From the IMG/VR virus record IMGVR_UViG_3300030376_003857, positions 1 to 55,212 of that record: a DNA stretch of 55,212 nucleotides; one strand, 5' to 3'. Positions 36,601-43,516 of this stretch are shown here, in pieces. Each line of letters starts with the position of its first letter. The first letter of the stretch is position 1. The stretch is from a virus. Its lineage: Duplodnaviria; Caudoviricetes. A program made the translations under genes and the position numbers. The notes under the pieces were generated by a model. The model did no database searches. It was not told where the DNA came from and saw nothing but the letters and a program-made list of their open reading frames with translations.

Positions 36601-39350
36601 AGAAGGCTAAGAAAATAAGCTTGGCTATCAAGGAGAGAATTGAGAAGATAAAAACATCCATAGCAAAGGATGACATGACTGCCGAGCAGATACTTGAGGC
36701 TAACTCCGAAATGAATAAGGAGTATAATGAGTTGAGCAAAAAGGCAAAACTAACTGTTGAGGATGTCAATAGAATGGTAGACCTTCAAGTTATCATGGAG
36801 ATTAACAGCTCCATGCTCATGGATAATAATGAATCAGCCAAGGTTGACTCATTAGAACTTGTCAACGGTGTCCTTCAGGAGTTAATAAGGACTGGTAGAA
36901 CGCAGCTATCTGAGCAGATTGCTGAGAAGAAGGATATACAAGCCAAACAGTTCGAGATGGTTTACGAGGATGTTACTGGAGAGAAGATTGACTTAAACGA
37001 AGAGGGTGCTACTGAAAGGTTAGACGAAGCCAAGATAGAAAGAGGAACTAAGGAGCAGAGAGAGAAGGTGAACGAGAGAATAAAAACGTTCTTCAAGCAA
37101 ATCTTTATGGGTATCGACTCTATATTTACATCAGCTGAAGCGTTAGATGGTCTTATGGATAAGATATCATCTCTTCCAGCCGAGATGTTCGGAGGCAAGA
37201 CGCAGGAGGTCATCACTAGAAAGGTGGATGAGGCGTCAAGAGTATTCAAACAGAGAACCATGTACGTTGAGTCGTTGCTTAACGATAAGATGAAGGAGAT
37301 TTACGGTAAAGGATGGAGAAAAAAAGCTATTGAGAACTCAAGAAAAAAACATATTGTTTACAGAAATAAGGCTGAGGTAGACCAAGCTATAGCTTTCCAT
37401 AAGGCAAGCCCTAACCAAGACACCAAGAAGGCGATGGACGAGGCAATTAAAAAGAACGAGATTTACCTTACACAGAACCAGATGTACTATCTGTACAACC
37501 AATACAAAGACCCAGCTAATGCTGATTCTTTTAAGGCTAAATATGGTAATGATTACAAGACTGTTATGGAACAAATAGATAGCGGTCTGAATAAGGAGGT
37601 GAAGCAGTTTGCTGATTGGCAGGTTGACGTCCTGTTCCCTAGTCTTTACGAGTACTATAACGAGGCGTACAAGTCTGTGTTCAGAACGAATATGCCTTGG
37701 AACATGAACTATGCTGGTCGAATCTACAGAGACAATGTGGATGTTGAATCTATAAACCTACTAGCAAACAACACTGTCTACAATACCGCTGTTGGTGCTG
37801 CGTCCACAAAGAGCAGAGTTGATAGCAAACTACCTATAAAGGACATGGATGGTTCTGATGCGCTCATGACGTATCTGTACGATATGGAGTACTTCGCTGC
37901 TTATAACGAGACGATAAACGACATAAACAGACTGTTTAATAATCAGTACATCAAGGACGCAATAATCAAGATTCACGGAAAGGTAACATGGAAACTTATA
38001 GATAATTCTATTAAGACAATCGCCAATAGAGGGAACAAGGATAGCTTGTTAAACTCAATGGTGAACTCGATGAACAATGTCTTCATCATGTCTAGATTAG
38101 CATTCAGCCCTGTTGTGATGATAAAGCAGTTAACGTCAGCCTTTACGTACTACAATGATATTGGTTTACAAAACTGGCTTAAGTATTCAGCTAAGAACAT
38201 GAGCGAATTAAGGAGCGTTTACAAGGAGGTTCGTGACAATTCCGTGTACATGAGAGATAGAGGGAACGAAAGCATCATGAAGGCTATCGAGAGTTACTCA
38301 TCGGAGAGCATGAGGTCATTTGTTCCGAGCCCGACTAAGAAGTTCATAGTTGATGCATTGATGTGGACTACTAAGTTTGGTGATAAGACAGCCATCTACA
38401 TGGGTGGTTTAGCAAACTATTCATACTACAAAGACCAAGCATTAAAAGCTGGGAAGAGTGAGGAACAAGCCATAAAAGAAGCTGTGGTTAAGTTTGAGCG
38501 TGACACTAAGAGGACACAGCAGTCTGCTGACCTTCAAGACAAAGATTTTTTTCAAACGTCAAACCCGCTGTTTAGAGCAGCAAACATGTTCCTTACAACA
38601 CCAAAACAGTACTTAAGAAAAGAGATTCAAGCTGTTAGAAGTTTGTCAAGAAAGATAAAGGCTTGGGATAAAAATGCTGGAAAGGGTACTATTGGTGAAA
38701 ACGTTAGAACGTTAATCACATATCACGTAATAATGCCTGTGCTGTTCCAATATGTAGCAGCTGGATTCCCAGCACTCGCTAGACCTTTGAGAGATGATGA
38801 TGACGATGATATTTTGAGAGCTGGTATCATAGGAAACTTAAATGCTTTATTTATTTTGGGTGAGATTTTTGCTGGTCTTGGAGACTTCTTCACCGACAAG
38901 CCTTGGGCTGGTGAAAACGCAAAGAGCGTGGCTATTTTACAGGTAGCATCAAGCCTTCTTAAGAAAGCAAAACGAGCTGAAGCAGCTAAGAGCGACGAGA
39001 AAAAGGCTGAGCTTTGGAAAAAGTTTTATTTGGAGTTAGCGACCCTTTCTGGAGCACCAGCCCCTACAATTAACAAATTCATAGATAACTACTCTCGCCT
39101 TAATGAAGGTGACTTAGGGGAGGCTATACTTAGAATCTTAAACTACTCTGACTATCAGATTAAAGGAGCGAAGCCAAAGAAGACAGATACTAAAACCATC
39201 TATGAGCTAAACGAAGAGTACCATAAACAGCTTAAGCGGGAGGAGAGAGCTAAAAAGAAGAAAGAAAAGGAAATGGAAATGTCATTCAGAAATGATGGCT
39301 TTGTAGATGATGGCTTTGGAGATGATGGATTTGGAGATGATGGCTTCTAG
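30627..39350 (+). CDS. Giant internal virion polyvalent protein (GNAT-like and zincin metallopeptidase domains)
   Basis: 2907 aa; GGVKLDNFDGYLTKIYERNGF; LAHEAFH...EERLAE; long helical C-terminal region. Confidence 0.75.
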   Translation: MNDSKEKLHKLLVEQGLYTKSYDEFNEQFSLPEKQQKLYSLMQTKGLYTKSQDDFSSQFFADSPVVEEVVDLKKKGTTESLSEGGGLGESDIDRETLPPVSMDSTELALPSTPESESLSKDGTPIVKKNPDNWNSFYGEGINSEPQEVNKYLIPSLFPKDENNITDNPDDYERLSGDEAFDRAASMGLYEFKGNEKKTLFDERDLFEKSLSNIDNDLMSYEEEFIVPKLNNQLSSYGFTFEEDGALGDAIKVTADNDETEVFQADNFFDSNNSKEAEALKDFLRKNKSEKYSVFEDTQKAIDSKRVFLDEEEIKNTVRQFNTETKDFISERNTFVKQYEDFKKEADRFEGYSQTEIARDPKLKKEYDGFLSLQKNIQSQFSDISKMEEDIKSKGAVIDRAAGEFYDMQRSQGSWAGGIYNKLIKGAISNVPKTAMRLAQSFNYEMESSLQLTDEDKAKQLKMRAKAEGIEIPQDLDYEQTVKWLKDYDTKVEINTDWWMPIGLTRTTSFPTYESLSSADKNEFLVDILYGGKRFRNPFSETAAGVDTDMGLIDAVDEGARKLWMSDSTTEKWEEMKSEGFWGGAVLGLAESLPAMVGGSTGYGWAQRTAQMYSMTSEHVYEEMEESPEFDNITESEKAMVAVPIGIAVGALETIGLRNVIAQKGLLNGVLSRAFAKSTSETTAKTFAQFVRDDVKSMVAKGALTITGAGLAEFETGAAQEVADIGIKAVYNNVKEKEMFRTPDTLNEYVMQVLRAGAQEMVGGFILGAPSAVSVAMTKKDGLQELPTDIFEVIDLISKDESYKSMYVSKLKQRIASGDITKEEGDAELARVNKMLGVAPSLPSGLSSEQKKEAFILIEEKNTLESEIKKEDESLTKSKQERVSKIKERLEEMSLEVEDSQAATEYVAELKDTKEADPDTYWSVSAVTPEDAQNGTVIDVDGGKGLVTQDGDIIGVFKNIGSKVKGVADNIIQEAIKVGGVKLDNFDGYLTKIYERNGFRVTSRVPFNEEYAPEGWSEEKNGRPDVVSMVYDPNNELDIEVKTFDNPEEANAYRNSFISKEKAESQETEMLGTEEELESLTSVLEESEDLEASDDVVDKLNVDADFVLSSLSKIIPNTKIVVHKYSRDYKEATGKTGKGYYKNGVIHINASKSDGTTLAHEAFHALFLYRIKNKKEASRAALNLMRSVRKSIGKNSKLAKAIDEFASNYDESVQNEERLAELIGIMSDEYINLTKPVRIKIAEFFRSIAKKLGINLGDNWGSNDQEVIDMMNNISKGFRSGEEIDSSVVDIIEKSKVVSSKTLEEVENSGDVVGDVFEIPSVKNEGNEIQLNREQKELVNRGGIDMSSIKKESINKLSGVKAFVFAADKATFGMIKSPSGAMYNFKGGYLYPYGTGFAWAFTTEDAAKRVLKKVNESDGVGLVMAQGEEGITGSLSFYEYMMAEVDNAIAKGANPKELLQYINKKLRLTTVAKALAKKGLPAQITSIEELRFLMPIEGKSKFSYPDRSSFTKNFFSSESLEKFGIPPLTKTSKSDIGVLDYVNDPSLKGVEYGDVVSAIQFDKNSPIIDTRGKGLDNEHPSYPFVVEGKPLMVFEKAIDVRLVMPNAKPTTEGANQTPLKDRAKSRAAKSAMGGQFVQELTEVRDPLEREQKSVDEVISEGRENDFRDEVIRDYLVRVMGIKASDADAALKTDISSIPESFKNISGGLKAGLALYKKVNDKKNKLLRRNERSTRMSITELNAKIKEFAREKRKEYDTVEQINEKVAKQRTKIENNNKRRKKKLNEKEINIKVSEFRNKLYDARDAKRAEVNEEITKFEKSETKKNNRRVPILTQQQIMDELILFLQKQPEYIEEGDKYKVKGEVKYRVSQSTTQAKMISDLQKKEDISPTQNMSEKVRQARMAIRNRMKGKRDAEKIKNVLRNFMRRSLPPILYSKSEVMNMLKKIEIADSRNLENLMNEVAEFVITKNVDALQKSIGDVLNGDYTKTQNGIKKAKKISLAIKERIEKIKTSIAKDDMTAEQILEANSEMNKEYNELSKKAKLTVEDVNRMVDLQVIMEINSSMLMDNNESAKVDSLELVNGVLQELIRTGRTQLSEQIAEKKDIQAKQFEMVYEDVTGEKIDLNEEGATERLDEAKIERGTKEQREKVNERIKTFFKQIFMGIDSIFTSAEALDGLMDKISSLPAEMFGGKTQEVITRKVDEASRVFKQRTMYVESLLNDKMKEIYGKGWRKKAIENSRKKHIVYRNKAEVDQAIAFHKASPNQDTKKAMDEAIKKNEIYLTQNQMYYLYNQYKDPANADSFKAKYGNDYKTVMEQIDSGLNKEVKQFADWQVDVLFPSLYEYYNEAYKSVFRTNMPWNMNYAGRIYRDNVDVESINLLANNTVYNTAVGAASTKSRVDSKLPIKDMDGSDALMTYLYDMEYFAAYNETINDINRLFNNQYIKDAIIKIHGKVTWKLIDNSIKTIANRGNKDSLLNSMVNSMNNVFIMSRLAFSPVVMIKQLTSAFTYYNDIGLQNWLKYSAKNMSELRSVYKEVRDNSVYMRDRGNESIMKAIESYSSESMRSFVPSPTKKFIVDALMWTTKFGDKTAIYMGGLANYSYYKDQALKAGKSEEQAIKEAVVKFERDTKRTQQSADLQDKDFFQTSNPLFRAANMFLTTPKQYLRKEIQAVRSLSRKIKAWDKNAGKGTIGENVRTLITYHVIMPVLFQYVAAGFPALARPLRDDDDDDILRAGIIGNLNALFILGEIFAGLGDFFTDKPWAGENAKSVAILQVASSLLKKAKRAEAAKSDEKKAELWKKFYLELATLSGAPAPTINKFIDNYSRLNEGDLGEAILRILNYSDYQIKGAKPKKTDTKTIYELNEEYHKQLKREERAKKKKEKEMEMSFRNDGFVDDGFGDDGFGDDGF
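31501..31516 (+). repeat. Palindrome variant GTGTCTTCGAGGACAC inside giant gene
   Basis: exact variant; encodes S-V-F-E-D-T. Confidence 0.95.
34515..34530 (-). repeat. Palindrome variant (GTGTCCTCGAAGACAC on +) inside giant gene
   Basis: reverse complement of the G variant; encodes V-S-S-K-T. Confidence 0.95.
39291..39347 (+). repeat. 15-bp tandem repeat encoding C-terminal (N/D)DGF(V/G) x4
   Basis: NDGFVDDGFGDDGFGDDGF*. Confidence 0.9.
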
Positions 39351-39721
39351 TATCCTCGAAGACACTTTATACATTCCTGCCTGTCATATCTAATCATTAA
39401 CTCTTCTGAGCCATAATTATTTTTTGACACATAAACGCTTCCTTTTAGCTTCATTACCTTAGAGAAAACTATTCCATCATTAAAGCCCCATATCAGTATG
39501 GGGCTTAATCTTTTGTCTTGAAGTTTTGATACCAACGTGAGTGTAACATCTAGAGGTGTGTCTTCGAGGACACTACCGCTGTCGGGTATGACCACACCAA
39601 CGAACGCTATTGTTGCACCCTTATTATTGAAAAGAATGTAGTCAACATCTCCGTATCCAAGTTTTTTATACGATAAAGAAAATTCAGAGCAGAACCTTTT
39701 GATAGCAGCATCCTTTGACAT
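39347..39721 (-). CDS. Hypothetical protein, possibly degenerate PD-(D/E)XK-like
   Basis: GDVDYILF...AFVGV pattern; last gene of the leftward block. Confidence 0.6.
   Translation of the reverse strand: MSKDAAIKRFCSEFSLSYKKLGYGDVDYILFNNKGATIAFVGVVIPDSGSVLEDTPLDVTLTLVSKLQDKRLSPILIWGFNDGIVFSKVMKLKGSVYVSKNNYGSEELMIRYDRQECIKCLRGY
39350..39365 (-). repeat. Palindrome variant with one mismatch (GTATCCTCGAAGACAC) at the convergence of the two transcription blocks
   Basis: 15/16 match to GTGTCCTCGAAGACAC. Confidence 0.85.
39558..39573 (+). repeat. Palindrome variant GTGTCTTCGAGGACAC
   Basis: exact variant; encodes V-L-E-D-T on the minus strand. Confidence 0.95.
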
Positions 39722-39727
39722 ACCTCA

Positions 39728-40441
39728 TTATAGCTCCATAAGGCAGTTGATTGCTGTGTGACCACCTATGACAACCCCACAGCCGATTGCTGGCTTCTTA
39801 TAGTGTCGGGCATAAGCAGCGGCATATGAATCCGCATCTATTCCGCAACCAACCTGCATCCCAAATATCTTGAAATTCTTACCAACCATCCATTCAACGT
39901 AAGCTTGAGTGTGTATGTGACCTTGAACCGTTGACATCATGTCGTTCTTTGCTTTGGTACGAGCTGTTCCTCCTTCACCATGAACGTACTGGACGCCGTC
40001 ATACTCAAATCGTTCCCCCCAATTCCAATTAGTCCCAAGAACCTCGTTGTATGAGCGCACCCACTGCTTTGGTATATCCGAAGAGAAAGCCTTCCTCATA
40101 ATAATCCTGTCATGGTTTCCTATGACAACATCAGCAACAGGAAAAGCCTTCTTCCATACCTTTACTTTTTCTATAGCAAACGAGAGCTCTTGATTTCCGC
40201 TCATTCCGTTTGGGTCTGTCTCATGATACGACGAGTAGTGATTGTCTATTATATCACCGATGATTATTACTTGATTGCAGTTATACCTAGCATACATTCT
40301 TTTACAGAAATCAATATACCCATATAGCGAAAATGGCTCGTGAGGGTCTCCAATAATAAGTATCCTTCTTTCATCCGATGTTATGAAATCAAAAGCCTTC
40401 TTCTTGTTCCCCTTTATTCTTGGTCTATAGTCTGCTCCCAT
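39728..40441 (-). CDS. Calcineurin-like metallophosphoesterase
   Basis: GDPH, GDIID, GNHD, HG and GHIH motifs. Confidence 0.92.
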   Translation of the reverse strand: MGADYRPRIKGNKKKAFDFITSDERRILIIGDPHEPFSLYGYIDFCKRMYARYNCNQVIIIGDIIDNHYSSYHETDPNGMSGNQELSFAIEKVKVWKKAFPVADVVIGNHDRIIMRKAFSSDIPKQWVRSYNEVLGTNWNWGERFEYDGVQYVHGEGGTARTKAKNDMMSTVQGHIHTQAYVEWMVGKNFKIFGMQVGCGIDADSYAAAYARHYKKPAIGCGVVIGGHTAINCLMEL

Positions 40442-40604
40442 TCTCTACTGAGTTTCTCAAATCATTCAATAACTGTATCTGATTATCAATCTCTTCAATC
40501 AGCCCATTATCATCACCATCCATTAAACATTCATAAATCTCAGCTACAGAGTTGTTTAGATTACCAGTAACCAAATTAACATATTCAACCATAAACTTTT
40601 ATGT

Positions 40605-40859
40605 TTAGTGTTTCTGAATCAGAACAGCACCTTGTTCGCTGTCAATGTCGTATATAGCTTGATAGATGACCTGAGACATATCCTTAACATTGTTTCGCTC
40701 TTCCTCTGTAGAGTCAATGCCTAGGTATGCGTACATCAAGCAATCCATGTGAAGTAGTTCATCAATTTTTTTTCTCTTGTCAAAATTATTGTTATTGACT
40801 ATCGATGTAATTTCACCTTTCGTAAACTCCATTATAAAATCTTTTGATTTTTTCTTCAA
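40605..40859 (-). CDS. Hypothetical protein
   Basis: ORF in operon; start may be the later MEFTK. Confidence 0.6.
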   Translation of the reverse strand: MKKKSKDFIMEFTKGEITSIVNNNNFDKRKKIDELLHMDCLMYAYLGIDSTEEERNNVKDMSQVIYQAIYDIDSEQGAVLIQKH

Positions 40860-41367
40860 CTAAACACTCAGTACCTCTCCTTGTTCTATCGATAACGATA
40901 TCTATAATATTATTGAGTCTAGATTCCTTGTGTAGCTTTGATTCAAGCCTTAAATTTAAGACATTTATCTGACTCTTTAATTCAGCCTCTGATTCTTCAA
41001 GCTTTTTTATCTCTTCTGTGAGTTCATCTTCGTGTGGTTTTTTGTAGTTAGCACTTTGCGTACAGGATTCATATATCTTTAAAGATTCTTCGTATGTGGA
41101 CTTAAGTCGGTTGTCTGTTTTACACAACTCATCGAACTCTCTCCTGTAGTGAAGCACTGTAGCGTGGTCTTTATTCATAAACGTTCCAACGGCTGTTGAT
41201 GTGTAGTTCTTTTTGAGTAGTATGTTTGCCAATGCCATTCTCGCAATCACATTATTTCTATGTCTTGAATTAGCCATCACCAACCCATCACAGTTTTCTT
41301 CCACTATTTTCTTAACAAGTTCAAACTCTGTTACAAACCCATTGATTTTATCTTTGCTTAATTTCAT
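40813..41367 (-). CDS. DnaA C-terminal (domain IV)-like HTH protein with coiled-coil
   Basis: SRHRNNVIAR...TAVGTFMNKDHATVLH matches the DnaA domain IV DH.TV.H signature. Confidence 0.75.
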   Translation of the reverse strand: MKLSKDKINGFVTEFELVKKIVEENCDGLVMANSRHRNNVIARMALANILLKKNYTSTAVGTFMNKDHATVLHYRREFDELCKTDNRLKSTYEESLKIYESCTQSANYKKPHEDELTEEIKKLEESEAELKSQINVLNLRLESKLHKESRLNNIIDIVIDRTRRGTECLVEEKIKRFYNGVYER

Positions 41368-41397
41368 GATGTATGTTATATTTTATTTTTTATTAGA

Positions 41398-41634
41398 TTA
41401 TCCTTTATACACTTCTGTTGTTGCGTAATCTTCTAGTTCTTTTAGTCTGAATTTTTGAAGCTTTGACAGCCTTCCATTAGGTGTTTTGACTTCACTGAAT
41501 ATAACGTCTGACCCTTTTGGTATCGCTATTAGGTCTGGTATTCCATTCTTATTAGTCTTAACTAGCTTGATGACGTAGTATCCATCAGCCTCAAACTGTT
41601 TTATCCTCTTGGCTTGTATCTGTTGCTCTGTCAT
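41398..41634 (-). CDS. VRR-NUC nuclease (Holliday-junction resolvase-like)
   Basis: TEQQIQ...GIPDLI...FSEVKTPNGRLSKLQ. Confidence 0.88.
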   Translation of the reverse strand: MTEQQIQAKRIKQFEADGYYVIKLVKTNKNGIPDLIAIPKGSDVIFSEVKTPNGRLSKLQKFRLKELEDYATTEVYKG

Positions 41635-41819
41635 TTAAGTAATTCGTTTTCAAGATTATCTAAAGCAACACAGAGTGCCTTACCTGATGATTTTAATTCT
41701 TCAGACGAGAACTCTGAATCAAAGTCAAAGCTATCTCTTAGTTTTACAAATGATGTAGTGAGCTTCTTTGCTTGATACTCAATCTGATTCATTTGTTTAA
41801 TTGCTTGTTTTTCTGTCAT
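41631..41819 (-). CDS. Hypothetical protein
   Basis: overlapping start/stop with both neighbours. Confidence 0.6.
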   Translation of the reverse strand: MTEKQAIKQMNQIEYQAKKLTTSFVKLRDSFDFDSEFSSEELKSSGKALCVALDNLENELLK

Positions 41820-43300
41820 TCTATTTTATGGTCTCGTTTAAAATGTCTTGTTGTGTAGCTCTTCTTTCCGTTCACAGCTTTATAGATATCCTTCTCAATA
41901 CCTCCTCTTGAAAAGAGCCAGTAAACGTCTGACTCAAGTCTCTCCTTCGTTGTCATCCTCTCCTTAGACTGCCAATAGCTCGTAGCACTAAAGTCAATGT
42001 TGTAGTATACGATAACGTTAGCGTTCTTGAGAGATATCCCCTCCCTACCTTCAAGTATCTGAAGGGCAATTATCGGGCAGTCGGTATCATTGAAGACACT
42101 CAACTCCTTCGTTATCTTGTCATCACCAAACACCTTCTTTAACGCATTCAACTCCTCGGAAAACTTATAGAACACACCAATCTTCATCCCGCCGAAGTTG
42201 TCTTTTATGAAGTTTGCCTTGGTGTAGTCAAGCACCTTTGAGTTTCCTGACTCAAATTTAATAGTTCCAGAGTAAATCTGATGCAGTTTCATCATTAATT
42301 TTACTGGTGTATCGGCAAGAATAACCTCCTCCTTTCCTTCGATAACCAAATCTCTCTTAAGTCTGTTGGCTAGTTTATAGGTAGAGTCCTCCATGTCAAT
42401 CTCTATGACGTGCTCCTTTGTTTTTACGGTGAACCCTGCCTCCTTTTGTGTGTAGCTAATCATGTATGGATTCATAACCTCAATGATTGACTCCATACCA
42501 TCAGAGTAGTCGTTTGAAATCATCCCGTTAATCTTCCTCTGTTTAACGTTGACGTACTTATCGCAGAACCTATAGAAGTTCTTGAACTCCTTAAATGGAT
42601 TAGTCGACACCCCGTATACTTGATGGTACATTTGAGAGTATGACTCAGGTGTTGGTGTTCCTGATAGGTATATCACAAGAGCACCTGACCTAGCTAATAT
42701 CTCCTTCACGTCCTTGGCTCTTTTACTTGGCTTAGGAAATGCGCCCATACCATGTGCTTCGTCCAACACAACAAGGTCAAAACCTTCTACGTTGTCTACC
42801 TTGTGAAGGCTTTCGTAGTTGATAACAACTATATTGAAGTTCGGATTAAGCATATCGTAATCACTCTCGATACTACTTATAGCCTTCTTTTTTGTAACAA
42901 ACAAGACATTGTTTACTAGGAGCTCCTGAGCTATACCTAGGCTAGTTAGGGTCTTACCTGTCCTAACCTCCATAGCTAGGTAGACGAACCCATGCTTTCT
43001 AATAATATCTGAACCCCTATTAATTATGTCGGTCTGATAATCTCTAAATGTTACACCTCCTTTCATTTTCTCTTTGTAATACTCGACACTTCTATCGATG
43101 ATGTCTACTGTTTCTTTTGATACATTATGCTTAAGTACTTCCCTTCTCAATATGTTTTTACCTCTCCCTATTTTTTTTATCTCTGTCATCTTCACAACTG
43201 ATTGTATCGTACACATATTCTTGTACATCAGTTTGTTTGATAATGATGACTCCTTAGCATAAACAGTGCCGTTTGGAGTCTCTATTGTTTCAGGTTTCAT
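41816..43300 (-). CDS. SF2 (SNF2-like) helicase
   Basis: FRDYQ, MEVRTGKT, LDEAH, LSGTP, EGISL and QSKER motifs. Confidence 0.9.
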   Translation of the reverse strand: MKPETIETPNGTVYAKESSLSNKLMYKNMCTIQSVVKMTEIKKIGRGKNILRREVLKHNVSKETVDIIDRSVEYYKEKMKGGVTFRDYQTDIINRGSDIIRKHGFVYLAMEVRTGKTLTSLGIAQELLVNNVLFVTKKKAISSIESDYDMLNPNFNIVVINYESLHKVDNVEGFDLVVLDEAHGMGAFPKPSKRAKDVKEILARSGALVIYLSGTPTPESYSQMYHQVYGVSTNPFKEFKNFYRFCDKYVNVKQRKINGMISNDYSDGMESIIEVMNPYMISYTQKEAGFTVKTKEHVIEIDMEDSTYKLANRLKRDLVIEGKEEVILADTPVKLMMKLHQIYSGTIKFESGNSKVLDYTKANFIKDNFGGMKIGVFYKFSEELNALKKVFGDDKITKELSVFNDTDCPIIALQILEGREGISLKNANVIVYYNIDFSATSYWQSKERMTTKERLESDVYWLFSRGGIEKDIYKAVNGKKSYTTRHFKRDHKIE

Positions 43301-43516
43301 CTTTGTATTGGTTTATAAAATTGGCACTCTCGTAGCCTTCACGCTCTTTCCTATCCTTGTGTGTACATGAGTAAAAGTGAATAGACACACTTGCAGAATA
43401 GGCTTACCCCAAGTCCGAGTAGACCAGCTTACATTAACTATTCACCTGTCACTAAAGTTTTAATCAAATATCCTAATTTTTTCAGACAATTATGTGTCTT
43501 ATAGCATGTGAACTTG

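Noticed and set aside
30627-39350. crAss-type virion RNA polymerase
   Set aside because: No DFDxD catalytic motif seen; the DFDGD in 7958..8464 belongs to a small secreted EF-hand-like protein; host-type promoters precede the late genes
43301-43516. Possible gene between primase and helicase
   Set aside because: Stop codons in the minus-strand frames I checked; no credible start
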